This document shows, piece by piece, positions 50,465-61,949 of a DNA stretch of 64,000 nt (position 1 is its first letter; each line of letters begins with the position of its first letter). A program made the position numbers and the translations under genes. This DNA is from a plasmid: the sequence record CP063550.1; one strand, given 5' to 3'. The notes under the pieces were generated by a model. That model saw only the letters and a program-made list of their open reading frames with translations, did not search any database and was not told where the DNA came from.

Positions 50465-51945
50465 AAAAAGGGGGTGCGGATATTTTTTTTGGACCTTTTT
50501 AACAAATATATCTTTGCTTCTTCCGATATTGAAGAGGGCTTAGCCTTCCTAAAGATAACTTAATTCGTTGATTATTATACCAATGAATATAATCATCCAA
50601 TTTGTTTATAAACTGATTGATTGTTGTATTCTTCCAGTCACGTTGATAAAACATCTCGTTTTTTAATCGTCCAAAGAAACCTTCGCACGCTGAATTATCT
50701 GGTGAATAACTCTTTTTAGACATAGAGTGAAGCAAGTTGGCTTTGTTCCAATAGTCCAACTAACAATAGCACCATCGTAACAATCGACAAGTGGTGATAA
50801 GTAGATTTTCCCTGCGAGAATTCTAAATTCAGTAATATCTGTTAACCATTTTTCATTTGGCTTCTTTGCTTTAAAATTCCGATTTAATAAATTGGGGTGT
50901 GCAGGAGAAATTTCCCCAGCATACGAAGAATACTTTTTTCGTCTAGAAAATTTAACAAATAGATTTTCCTCAGTCATCAATCTACGTACAACTTTTTCAG
51001 AAAGCTTTTTACCCATATTTTTTAAAGCTTGGTGAATTCTACGGTAACCATACGCACAGAAGTTATGATTGAAAATCGTGATAATTAATTTGACGTTCTT
51101 TGTAATACTTATCTGGTTTCTCAAGTGCTTGTTTTTGATAAAAATAGCTGCTTTTAGGAAACTGGAGCTGTTGAAGAAGCTCTTTCAAGGTGAACTGATT
51201 TCGTAAGGCATCAATCAATATCGTTTTTTCTTGATTTGATAGACAAAGAAGATTGACGCCTTTTTCTTTTTTTAGCAGTTCAGCCGCTCCTTCGAGTAAT
51301 GCTTTTTCGAGCTGTAATTGGTGTACTTGTTTTTGTAAGTCTTCTACTTCCTTTAAAAGTAGCTCTTTTTGTTTTTCCTGATTTTTTAAAGTCATACACA
51401 ATGGAAAATCCTTTCCAAGAACCGTGTTTTTCCATTGATATAGAGTAACTCTACTAATTCCTCCAGATTCGGCTAAATTTTTCCTATTAGTTTGCGGTTT
51501 ATAGAATTTTTTCAACACAGCTTCTTTTTGATCTTGTGTTAACTTTACCGCACTTTTTCGGAGTTTTCTAGCTCCTGGTGCAAGTTCTTCACACCGCTGC
51601 CGCAAGGACTCTCTATTAGGATAACCAAGCATGCGAATGGTTCGTGCATAACATTGACCATATTCAAAATAATGATTCACCGCTATTCGTTTTTGTTCTT
51701 CAGAATACTTTGATTTTTTTCGGTGCTCCTGATGGAGCTCTCCGGATTCCAAATACTCTTTATACCATTTCCGTAGTGCACCAATCGACGGATACCCTAA
51801 TTCTCGAATGGTTGCAGCATAAGAGCAATCGTATTTTAAAAATAACTGAATTGCCCTTACACGCTCTTTGTGGGAAAACACACGGACATTCCTCCTAAGT
51901 TTATTTTTTCGTCCAGGATTATGTCCGCACCCCCTTGCTTTCTGA
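50465..51945 (-). mobile_element. IS3-family insertion sequence (IS150-group-like): orfA at 51063-51881, and orfB split over two frames (50663-51124 and 50499-50759).
   Basis: OrfA has an HTH and a leucine zipper. OrfB has KWLTDITEF (DDE D) and SYSPDNSACEGFFGRLKNE (DDE E). There is an extra frameshift inside orfB. The terminal IRs aagggggtgcggatat and atgtccgcaccccctt are imperfect. Confidence 0.65.
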
Positions 51946-52342
51946 TGACTTATTCTGGTTCTTTGAGTGTCAATGCATAGATGTGATGTAGCTAGTTAGA
52001 AAAAAATTTTGAATACTCTTTTTTTCTTTCAGACTCCTTTTTAAGTAAGATTTTGAAGTGTGAGTTACGGGGTCAGAAACTTAAAAGTTTTTGATCCTTT
52101 ATTTTCAAGTCTGATTTGGCAGCTTTTCGGCAGCTCATTTATTTATGGTCAGAAATAGATGCTGAAATTTTAATCTATTAGCAAATAGTCCAGAACGTAT
52201 GAAGAGGAGTCGGATATCATTTGTCATTAACACCATAAATATTTATAAAATTCGTGTTCACCTACAATTAAATTTAATATATAATATTCGTTGTAAGGGC
52301 TTATAATTTTTTGTTAATGAACAAGATAGGAAGAAACATTTA

Positions 52343-52624
52343 ATGGACAGTTTTCAGAGATTGTCACTAGTAAATCAATTTGAGTTATTGGCTAAATTTG
52401 AGGACCAAAACAGATCTTATTATGAAAGAAAAATCGAAATATTGAGAGAAGGTTACGAGTATCATTATGATGATGAAATTTGGAGTGATCTTTCTGAGCC
52501 ATTTCCGAAAGAAGATTCTCGATTTGTATTAGATGTATTGAACATGTATCGAGATATCAATTTTAGTAAATCAAAGCTAAACTTAGATGAAAACCAAATT
52601 ACTAATTCATACTATACTCATTTC
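52343..52624 (+). pseudogene. YfbU-family protein, 3'-truncated by IS1216 copy C.
   Basis: It has the N-terminal LSLVNQFELLAKFED...ILREGYEYHY pattern of YfbU-like proteins. The ORF reads through into the IS IR. Confidence 0.4.
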
Positions 52625-53432
52625 GGTTCTGTTGCAAAGTTTTCCAAAAAATCTATTTTAGTGTAAAATTGAGAAAAAAGACAGAGAGGACAGAGTAATG
52701 AATCATTTTAAAGGCAAACAATTCAAAAAAGACGTCATTATTGTCGCTGTTGGTTACTACCTGCGTTACAATCTAAGCTATCGTGAAGTTCAGGAATTGT
52801 GATATGATCGTGGAATAAATGTTTGTCATACTACGATTTATCGTTGGGTACAAGAGTACAGCAAAGTCCTCTATTATCTTTGGAAGAAGAAAAATAGACA
52901 ATCCTTCTATTCATGGAAAATGGACGAAACCTATATCAAAATTAAGGGACGTTGGCATTATCTTTATCGTGCAATTGATGCGGACGGCTTAACCTTAGAT
53001 ATCTGGTTACGAAAGAAACGGGACACACAAGCAGCCTATGCTTTTCTTAAGCGGTTAGTGAAGCAGTTTGATGAACCGAAGGTTGTAGTCACAGATAAAG
53101 CCCCCTCTATTACAAGTGCCTTTAAGAAACTAAAAGAATACGGCTTTTATCAAGGGACAGAACATCGTACCATTAAATACCTGAATAATTTGATTGAACA
53201 AGACCATCGTCCAGTAAAGAGACGCAATAAATTCTATCGAAGTTTACGCACTGCCTCTACCACGATTAAAGGCATGGAAGCCATTCGAGGATTATATAAG
53301 AAAACCCGAAAAGAAGGCACTCTCTTCGGGTTTTCGGTCTGTACTGAAATCAAGGTATTATTGGGAATCCCAGCTTAAATCATAGATACCGTAAGGGATT
53401 TTATTCTTTATTTAAAACTTTGCAACAGAACC
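52625..53432 (+). mobile_element. Chimeric IS6-family element (copy C). The left third matches the type-2 IS1216-like copies (D/E) and the right two-thirds matches the type-1 copies (A/B). The transposase is inactivated by a nonsense mutation (TTA to TGA) at about 52801.
   Basis: The left IR, the leader and codons 1 to about 110 are identical to copies D/E (…LQSVGLYTKTEH type). From about 53025 the sequence (…LVKQFDEPKVVVTDKAPSITSAFKKLKEYGFYQG…) and the right end are identical to copies A/B. Confidence 0.8.
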
Positions 53433-53446
53433 CATTACGAGTCACA

Positions 53447-53501
53447 GTAATTACTTGTAAATACATTATCTCGTGGTATAATGTATTTACTAAGTAATTA
53501 C
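53447..53501 (+). promoter_or_regulatory. Promoter with an overlapping 23-bp inverted-repeat operator for the downstream TA operon.
   Basis: The arms GTAATTACTTGTAAATACATTAT and ATAATGTATTTACTAAGTAATTAC flank an extended -10 (TGGTATAAT). The -35-like TTGTAA sits in the left arm. Confidence 0.6.
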
Positions 53502-53526
53502 ATACTGTTAGAAATGAGGGATTTAA

Positions 53527-53856
53527 ATGATTACAAAAACAAGAAAACAAGGCAATTCAATCATGTTGACAGTACCTAAAGATTTTAATGTTCCTAATGG
53601 AGTCGAAGTTGAAGCAAAGTTGGTAGAGAATGGTATTCTTTATGAATTTGTTGAACCACAAAAAGAATTTTATGATTTTAGCGAAGATATTTTGTCTGAT
53701 ATAATTGCAGAAGGCTACGATAAAGATGAGATTCTTGTAGAATTTAAGAATAGAAAAAACAAAATGCATTCTTCCTTTAGAGATATTGCTGAAGATACAC
53801 TTACTAATTCTAAAGTAATGACTAAAGAGGAGTTGGCAACAGAAATTGGCTTATGA
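53527..53856 (+). CDS. MazE/PemI-like (AbrB/SpoVT-fold) antitoxin with a C-terminal extension.
   Basis: The N-terminal KQGNSIMLTVPKDF block is the swapped-hairpin antitoxin signature. It overlaps the downstream toxin gene by 11 nt. Confidence 0.55.
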   Translation: MITKTRKQGNSIMLTVPKDFNVPNGVEVEAKLVENGILYEFVEPQKEFYDFSEDILSDIIAEGYDKDEILVEFKNRKNKMHSSFRDIAEDTLTNSKVMTKEELATEIGL

Positions 53857-54133
53857 AATCGTTCCTTCAAAACATGTCATTAAGTATTTAAAAAAGCTAA
53901 AAGAGAAGCCATTGAAAGAAAAATTTTTGAATTTAATTTATGATGAAATTGCGATTGATCCATATAAGGGTGAACAAAAAACTGGGGATTTATCAGGTAT
54001 TTGGTCTAGTGGGTTCAAATATGCGGGCACAACATATAGAGTAGCTTACGAGATTATAGAAAACAAGGTTATTCCAGTATTGTTATGTGGAACGCATGAA
54101 AACTTTTATGAACAGTTGAAAAAATTAATCTAG
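53846..54133 (+). CDS. RelE/ParE-superfamily toxin.
   Basis: 95 aa with a C-terminal TYRVAYEIIENKVIPVLLCGTHENFY block (RelE/ParE-like). It is translationally coupled to the antitoxin. Confidence 0.55.
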   Translation: MAYEIVPSKHVIKYLKKLKEKPLKEKFLNLIYDEIAIDPYKGEQKTGDLSGIWSSGFKYAGTTYRVAYEIIENKVIPVLLCGTHENFYEQLKKLI

Positions 54134-54293
54134 TGATTTGTTGTCGTTCTTAAGAAGGACGGCTTCTTTTTATCGAAAATCTGATTCGTCTACATGACTA
54201 AAGTCGCGAGTATTCTCTGCTTCTCGATAAATTAAATAACGTCATTACTTTGAGGAAAGCTATAAATCAATATATTTCAGCTTTTCCTTATTT

Positions 54294-54332
54294 ATGTACT
54301 ACCTTTTACTTATTAATTATAAGGTAGTACAT
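54294..54332 (+). promoter_or_regulatory. 12-bp perfect inverted repeat (ATGTACTACCTT...AAGGTAGTACAT) upstream of parA. It is a candidate centromere or operator site.
   Basis: The arms are separated by 15 bp. A third partial copy (ggtagtaac) lies at 54349. It sits about 85 bp upstream of the ParA start. Confidence 0.45.
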
Positions 54333-54416
54333 ATATATCTTTTTTTGGTAGTAACTAAAAATAAATATGTTATAATAGTATCAAATGAATATTGCTAAAA
54401 GAAAAGAGGTAGGAAC

Positions 54417-55274
54417 GTGGTAGCGAAGAAATATGTAATCGGTAATTTTAAAGGTGGCGTAGGTAAAAGTACGTGCGCGCAAATGTTAGGGTTTGAATCA
54501 GCAGTTAATGAAGGAAAAAGAACCTTGATAATTGACTTGGATATGCAAGGAAATACTTCTGATGTGATGAACTTAACGCATATGAACTTCACTAACGAAG
54601 AAGGAGGCGGAGAAGGTGAACCGATTGTTTACGAAAATACTGTGACTGACGTGTTGATAAACAATCTTCCACCTAAAGAGGCTGTCTATAAAGTAATCAA
54701 TAACCTCTATATACTTCCAGCAGACATGTCCTTTGAAATGTATGATGATTGGATCAAAGACCAATATAATGATTCATTATCCCAATTCAAATATATGAAA
54801 GAAAAGCTAGAACCATTATTTGATGAGTTTGACGTCATCTATTTAGATGTCCCACCTTCTATTTCTGTATATAGTAAATCCGCGATGTACATTGCGGACT
54901 GGGCAATCGTCGTCTTACAGACCCAAGTAAAATCGATGAGAAATGCGATGCAATATCTTGAGTATATGGACTTTTTTGTGAAAGAATTTGATACAAATTT
55001 ATATGTTGCTGGTGTTATTCCTTTCATGTTGGAAAGCGGTGACGCAGTAGATCAGGAAATGTATAAACAAGCCCAAGAGATTTATGGGGAACATTTGATT
55101 AAAAATGTTGTACTCAAAAATGCGCGCTTAAAACGATACGACGGATCAGGTATTACGATGGAGAAGACAAAGAAAGGTCTCTTAAAACAATGGGATCGCA
55201 AAAGCCACGAATTATTTATCAGTATTTTGAAAGAATTGGAAGAACACGAGAATTGGTATGCGGAGGTGGAGTAA
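54417..55274 (+). CDS. parA: ParA/Soj-family partition ATPase.
   Basis: It has the deviant Walker A motif NFKGGVGKST. GTG start with RBS agaggtagg. Confidence 0.8.
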   Translation: MVAKKYVIGNFKGGVGKSTCAQMLGFESAVNEGKRTLIIDLDMQGNTSDVMNLTHMNFTNEEGGGEGEPIVYENTVTDVLINNLPPKEAVYKVINNLYILPADMSFEMYDDWIKDQYNDSLSQFKYMKEKLEPLFDEFDVIYLDVPPSISVYSKSAMYIADWAIVVLQTQVKSMRNAMQYLEYMDFFVKEFDTNLYVAGVIPFMLESGDAVDQEMYKQAQEIYGEHLIKNVVLKNARLKRYDGSGITMEKTKKGLLKQWDRKSHELFISILKELEEHENWYAEVE

Positions 55275-55823
55275 TTGGCTGACATCAAAGGACTTGATAT
55301 TTTTGGGAACAACAAAGGACTCGCCAAAATAAAAAAAGAAGCAGAAGCAAAGAAAAAGCAGCAAGCAATTACACCATCTGAAAATAAGCAATTAGAAGTG
55401 CACCAAGTTCAAGAAATAAAAACTTCCTCCAATGTTGAAAGACAGAGTAGAGGAAGAACAAAAAAAGTTGGCGCACCAATCAGAAAGTTTGATAAGGTTT
55501 ATTCCACCAAGCATCCTTTAAAACTGTCGACTTTGTTAAATGCGACTTCCAGAGTTTTAGTAGAAAAGTATGAGACTAATATGACAAGAGATGAATTGCT
55601 TAGAAAAGCTTTAGATGAGTATATTAAACAGAATCTTACGCAAGAAGATAAGCAAGATTTGTTTAATGACGTGGTGAAAGAACTAGACTTGTTCAGAGAA
55701 AAATATCCAATTGTTCCAGAATTAGATGATCGTGGAGAAATAATAAGAACTACCAGTCAGATAAAACAAGATACCGAAGACTCACTGCGCAAAGGGTGGG
55801 GAATGAATAATAAAGTTAGATAA
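55275..55823 (+). CDS. Partition partner (ParB/ParG-like centromere-binding protein).
   Basis: It is immediately downstream of parA with an overlapping stop/start. It has a basic N-terminus and helical C-terminus, but no recognisable ParB box. Confidence 0.45.
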   Translation: MADIKGLDIFGNNKGLAKIKKEAEAKKKQQAITPSENKQLEVHQVQEIKTSSNVERQSRGRTKKVGAPIRKFDKVYSTKHPLKLSTLLNATSRVLVEKYETNMTRDELLRKALDEYIKQNLTQEDKQDLFNDVVKELDLFREKYPIVPELDDRGEIIRTTSQIKQDTEDSLRKGWGMNNKVR

Positions 55824-55829
55824 TAATCA

Positions 55830-55885
55830 AAGAAGAACTAAGTAACTACCTTTAAACGGTAGTTACTTAGTTCTTCTTTGATTTG
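55830..55885 (+). terminator. Strong bidirectional rho-independent terminator.
   Basis: A 21-bp stem aagaagaactaagtaactacc/ggtagttacttagttcttctt. Confidence 0.75.
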
Positions 55886-56082
55886 CATGAAATAGAGGGG
55901 ATTTATTTTTCTGGTTACGTGATTAAAAAATCCAAAAAATGAGCATAGGAACGGTTATGATTTTAGGGTGTGTTTTAATGAGATATTGTGATTTCATTAA
56001 CAAGTGTATGATAATCTGTTGTTGAGTTAGTAAATAAGTAATAGAGCTAACTCTAAAATAAAACTATTAGGAGGAGATGTAG

Positions 56083-56244
56083 GTGAAAAAGTTTAAAAAG
56101 AAAATATATTTAGGATTGGTTGTTGGGGTGAGTATGTTTGGGTTCATGGCTCATACTAAACAAGTAACTGCAGATACTAACCAAAAAGAAAGGATTATGA
56201 GCCAATTAGATGACTCTCAAATAAGTATGTACCCAATGAGCTAA
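56083..56244 (+). pseudogene. Signal-peptide-bearing small protein fragment (secreted protein remnant). The downstream reading frame is broken before IS1216 copy D.
   Basis: VKKFKKKIYLGLVVGVSMFGFMAHTKQVTADT is a Gram-positive signal peptide. The ORF stops after 54 aa, and further fragments appear in other frames up to the IS. Confidence 0.35.
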
Positions 56245-56378
56245 TTGTCAGTTTAAAGGCTACACAAAGAATTTCAACAGAGAAAAATAAACCGCAAAAT
56301 TTATTGGGTGTAAAAGTTATGGTGGAAAAAGATTTGACTCTTAGGACAAATGAAAGCGATTGTAATAAGCGAGATCAA

Positions 56379-57187
56379 GGGTTCTGTTGCAAAGTTTTCC
56401 AAAAAATCTATTTTAGTGTAAAATTGAGAAAAAAGACAGAGAGGACAGAGTAATGAATCATTTTAAAGGCAAACAATTCAAAAAAGACGTCATTATTGTC
56501 GCTGTTGGTTACTACCTGCGTTACAATCTAAGCTATCGTGAAGTTCAGGAATTGTTATATGATCGTGGAATAAATGTTTGTCATACTACGATTTATCGTT
56601 GGGTACAAGAGTACAGCAAAGTCCTCTATTATCTTTGGAAGAAGAAAAATAGACAATCCTTCTATTCATGGAAAATGGACGAAACCTATATCAAAATTAA
56701 GGGACGTTGGCATTATCTTTATCGTGCAATTGATGCGGACGGCTTAACCTTAGATATCTGGTTACGAAAGAAACGGGATACGCAAGCAGCCTATGCTTTC
56801 TTAAAACGACTCCATAAACAGTTTGGTGAGCCGAAAGCAATTGTGACCGATAAAGCACCTTCTCTTGGCTCCGCCTTTAGAAAGTTACAGAGTGTGGGTT
56901 TATATACTAAGACAGAGCACCGAACTGTGAAGTATCTTAACAATTTAATAGAACAAGACCATCGACCTATTAAACGACGAAATAAATTTTATCAAAGTCT
57001 CCGTACAGCCTCTTCCACGATTAAGGGCATGGAGACCATTCGAGGAATATATAAAAAGAACCGAAGAAATGGAACGCTCTTCGGCTTTTCGGTGTCTACT
57101 GAAATCAAGGTATTAATGGGAGTAACAGCCTAAGATATTTGGAGTTCAGAGAGGGCGCGTTTGATTTTCAAACTTCGCAACAGAACC
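56379..57187 (+). mobile_element. IS1216-like (IS6 family, type 2) copy D with an intact 226-aa transposase (56453-57133).
   Basis: The IRs are ggttctgttgcaaagttt and aaacttcgcaacagaacc. Confidence 0.85.
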
Positions 57188-57465
57188 ATAAGTTCTCTTA
57201 ATAGAATCGTTGTCATTAAATGGTCTTGCCCATGAATAAAAATTACGCCTACTTCCATTTCGTTCCCTGACGCTTCTTCAGCTAAACATTTCGTTTGTGA
57301 GTTATGCGCTAAGGTTAAATTTTCATCAGCATCCGCTAATAATCGTTCAACATTATCAAAATTACCTTCTCTCACTTCCTTCAACACTGTTAATAATGAA
57401 CTTCTGGCATCTCCTGCATAAGCAACAATTTCAAATCCTAATAATTGCAATTCTTTCCTATCCAT
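57188..57465 (-). pseudogene. lacF: PTS lactose/cellobiose-family EIIA (LacF-like), C-terminally truncated by IS1216 copy D.
   Basis: MDRKELQLLGFEIVAYAGDARSSLL...HGQDHLMTTILL is the LacF pattern. The last approximately 10 residues are replaced by IS-IR read-through. Confidence 0.7.
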
Positions 57466-57487
57466 TTCCTTGCCCTCCTAACTATTT

Positions 57488-58945
<1,458 letters not shown>

Positions 58946-59360
58946 TCACCTCAGCATAATTTTAACATGTATAAGTAAATTTTTTTACACAACGAAAAAC
59001 CGACCTCGAATATCTATTTTATTGCGATATACAAGCACTTATATCCCTTGATGTAAAATAAATATACCATTCAAAAACCGTTTTGTAAACGTTTTTTTGT
59101 AAAATAAATTTATCTTTTTACTAATTTAATTTACACGAAACAAGAAAACGGACTGATTCCCACTAAAATCAATCCCACCTACTAATCATTCTCCAAGTGG
59201 CTATCCATTATCGATTCAATCTTCTCTGTTAATGGATTAGGCTCTCTGCTGATATCAGAGTTTCGTTTCCTGCTAGAAAAAGTAATTTAAGTTACTAAAA
59301 GAGCAGTTTCGATTTACTTTAACAAAGAAAAGGATTATTATATCCCTAGGAGGATGAACA

Positions 59361-60368
59361 ATGGTTACTATTAGAGATATTGCAAAAAAATCTGGTTACT
59401 CAACGGCTACTATATCAAGACTTTTTAAAGGTGATGAGTCACTCTCTATTACATCTGATACTAAAAACAAAATAATCGTTACAGCCAAATCTTTAGGATA
59501 TGATCTGACAAAAATTAAGACTACTCTGTACAAGATTGCCATTCTTTTTTGGATCTCAGAGGAACAGTTAAAAAAGGATGTCTACTATCAACATGTCAAA
59601 GATGATTTGAAAAATTATAGTAAAAAAGCTAATCTAGATTTGATTTTCATCTCTAAAAACGATGGTGTAAAAAGCATTCCTGACGATATTACTGGATTTA
59701 TCGCAATAGGACAATTGACAAAAAAGGAATTGTACTACTTAAATCAAAAAGGGTATAAGGGGGTAATCCGAGGAATAAACCCATTACCTGAACACTTCGA
59801 TACTGTAGAACCTGATTTCCACGAAATGGCCAGACAAGCAATTAACTACTTTATTAATGAAGGTTTCACAAAAATTGGATTTATTGGAGGAAATTTCTTT
59901 AACCTAGAAACGGGTAAAGAAGAGATTGATAGCCGTGAATATGCCTTCCGATATCATTTAGAAAAGAGCGGACTACTCAATGAAAAGTATATTTTCTCCC
60001 AAGGATCATTTACTGTTGACGAAGGGTATCAATTAACTCTTAAAATGAAAGCTGAGTTAAATGAAGATATGCCCGAGGCATGTTTCATACCATCTGACAC
60101 TATAGCTGCCGGCGTTCTTCAGGGCTGCCATGAATTGGGTATTAACATCCCTAAAGATATGGCAGTAATAAGTATTAATGATGACGACATCGCAAAATTC
60201 GTTGCACCACCACTTACAACTTTTAAGATAGATATCGAAGAGATAGCTAAAACCTGTGTAGATTTATTAAGTGATCAACTGGTATATTCGCGGGACATAT
60301 CAAAGAAAACATTAATCGGCGCAAAATTGACCGTTAGGAAAAGTTTTATCCCTAAAGAAGAGGTGTAA
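59361..60368 (+). CDS. LacI-family transcriptional regulator.
   Basis: N-terminal MVTIRDIAKKSGYSTATISRLF HTH. Confidence 0.7.
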   Translation: MVTIRDIAKKSGYSTATISRLFKGDESLSITSDTKNKIIVTAKSLGYDLTKIKTTLYKIAILFWISEEQLKKDVYYQHVKDDLKNYSKKANLDLIFISKNDGVKSIPDDITGFIAIGQLTKKELYYLNQKGYKGVIRGINPLPEHFDTVEPDFHEMARQAINYFINEGFTKIGFIGGNFFNLETGKEEIDSREYAFRYHLEKSGLLNEKYIFSQGSFTVDEGYQLTLKMKAELNEDMPEACFIPSDTIAAGVLQGCHELGINIPKDMAVISINDDDIAKFVAPPLTTFKIDIEEIAKTCVDLLSDQLVYSRDISKKTLIGAKLTVRKSFIPKEEV

Positions 60369-60782
60369 AATAAGTAATTGAAACTTATCTTTAAAACTAT
60401 AATTGTGTCCACATAGTAGCCGAGCAATCGGGTTTATGCCTATTATGTTTTCCATAAATAATTTGATGGTGATATTTTGACGTAAATACAATATGATTTT
60501 TTCATCGCCAAATTGTGCGCGCTAATTTTTGTTTATCATTCAGAACATTTCCTCCTTTTTATCTAAGTATGAGGTTGGATAAACGCTTCATCTTAGTATC
60601 TTGGGGGATTTTTTATCTCGTTGGGAATATATCAAGCATCAGAGCGCGCAAAAAGAACTGGTCGAAAAATCAATCTACCAGTTCAATCTCATTCACTGTG
60701 ATACTATGTTTTATACAGATAACGCCATATTATAAAACAAGTTGTATTCCGCAAATGGGTTCTATTCAACTCTTAAACTATC

Positions 60783-61078
60783 TATAAAAGATTCAGCCAA
60801 CTCCATTAGCCTCTCGTAATTTAGTTGGTGAACAGCACTTTTTTCAAAAAATTTTGAACCAATTCCTACATAAGAGGCTCCATTGTTCAAATAGTTTTGT
60901 GCATTAGTCTGATCTACCCCTCCTACAGCCATCAAAGGTAAACTTCCTAAAGGGGCTTGCACTTGATTGAAATATTCCGGTCCAAGACAGTTGGCGGGGA
61001 ACACCTTAACAATATCAGCACCCATCTCAAACATTTTGAATATCTCTGTGGGCGACATGGCCCCAGGAATTGTTAGAA
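60783..61078 (-). pseudogene. KDPG/KHG aldolase (Eda-like) C-terminal fragment, truncated by IS1216 copy E.
   Basis: ...LTIPGAMSPTEIFKMFEMGADIVKVFPA...LMAVGGVDQTN... matches the aldolase C-terminus. The N-terminus is replaced by IS IR read-through. Confidence 0.55.
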
Positions 61079-61886
61079 GGTTCTGTTGCGAAGTTTGAAA
61101 ATCAAACGCGCCCTCTCTGAACTCCAAATATCTTAGGCTGTTACTCCCATTAATACCTTGATTTCAGTAGACACCGAAAAGCCGAAGAGCGTTCCATTTC
61201 TTCGGTTCTTTTTATATATTCCTCGAATGGTCTCCATGCCCTTAATCGTGGAAGAGGCTGTACGGAGACTTTGATAAAATTTATTTCGTCGTTTAATAGG
61301 TCGATGGTCTTGTTCTATTAAATTGTTAAGATACTTCACAGTTCGGTGCTCTGTCTTAGTATATAAACCCACACTCTGTAACTTTCTAAAGGCGGAGCCA
61401 AGAGAAGGTGCTTTATCGGTCACAATTGCTTTCGGCTCACCAAACTGTTTATGGAGTCGTTTTAAGAAAGCATAGGCTGCTTGCGTATCCCGTTTCTTTC
61501 GTAACCAGATATCTAAGGTTAAGCCGTCCGCATCAATTGCACGATAAAGATAATGCCAACGTCCCTTAATTTTGATATAGGTTTCGTCCATTTTCCATGA
61601 ATAGAAGGATTGTCTATTTTTCTTCTTCCAAAGATAATAGAGGACTTTGCTGTACTCTTGTACCCAACGATAAATCGTAGTATGACAAACATTTATTCCA
61701 CGATCATATAACAATTCCTGAACTTCACGATAGCTTAGATTGTAACGCAGGTAGTAACCAACAGCGACAATAATGACGTCTTTTTTGAATTGTTTGCCTT
61801 TAAAATGATTCATTACTCTGTCCTCTCTGTCTTTTTTCTCAATTTTACACTAAAATAGATTTTTTGGAAAACTTTGCAACAGAACC
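61079..61886 (-). mobile_element. IS1216-like (IS6 family, type 2) copy E with an intact transposase (61133-61813).
   Basis: The IRs are ggttctgttgcgaagttt and aaactttgcaacagaacc. The transposase is identical in protein sequence to copy D. Confidence 0.85.
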
Positions 61887-61949
61887 GAACTTATCAATGA
61901 TTTTGTTGAATTGTACAAAGAAAAATTTGCTAAAGCATAGGAGAAGAAA

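Noticed and set aside
57130-57187. ORF-track extensions of lacF' (57130), eda' (to 61127), lacE (from 61864), recombinase' (from 34808) and yfbU' (to 52666) into IS1216 inverted repeats
   Set aside because: The extra residues (for example ...SELQIS, MEFREGAFDFQTS, GSVAKF) are translations of the IS terminal repeat. Gene boundaries were trimmed to the IS junctions.
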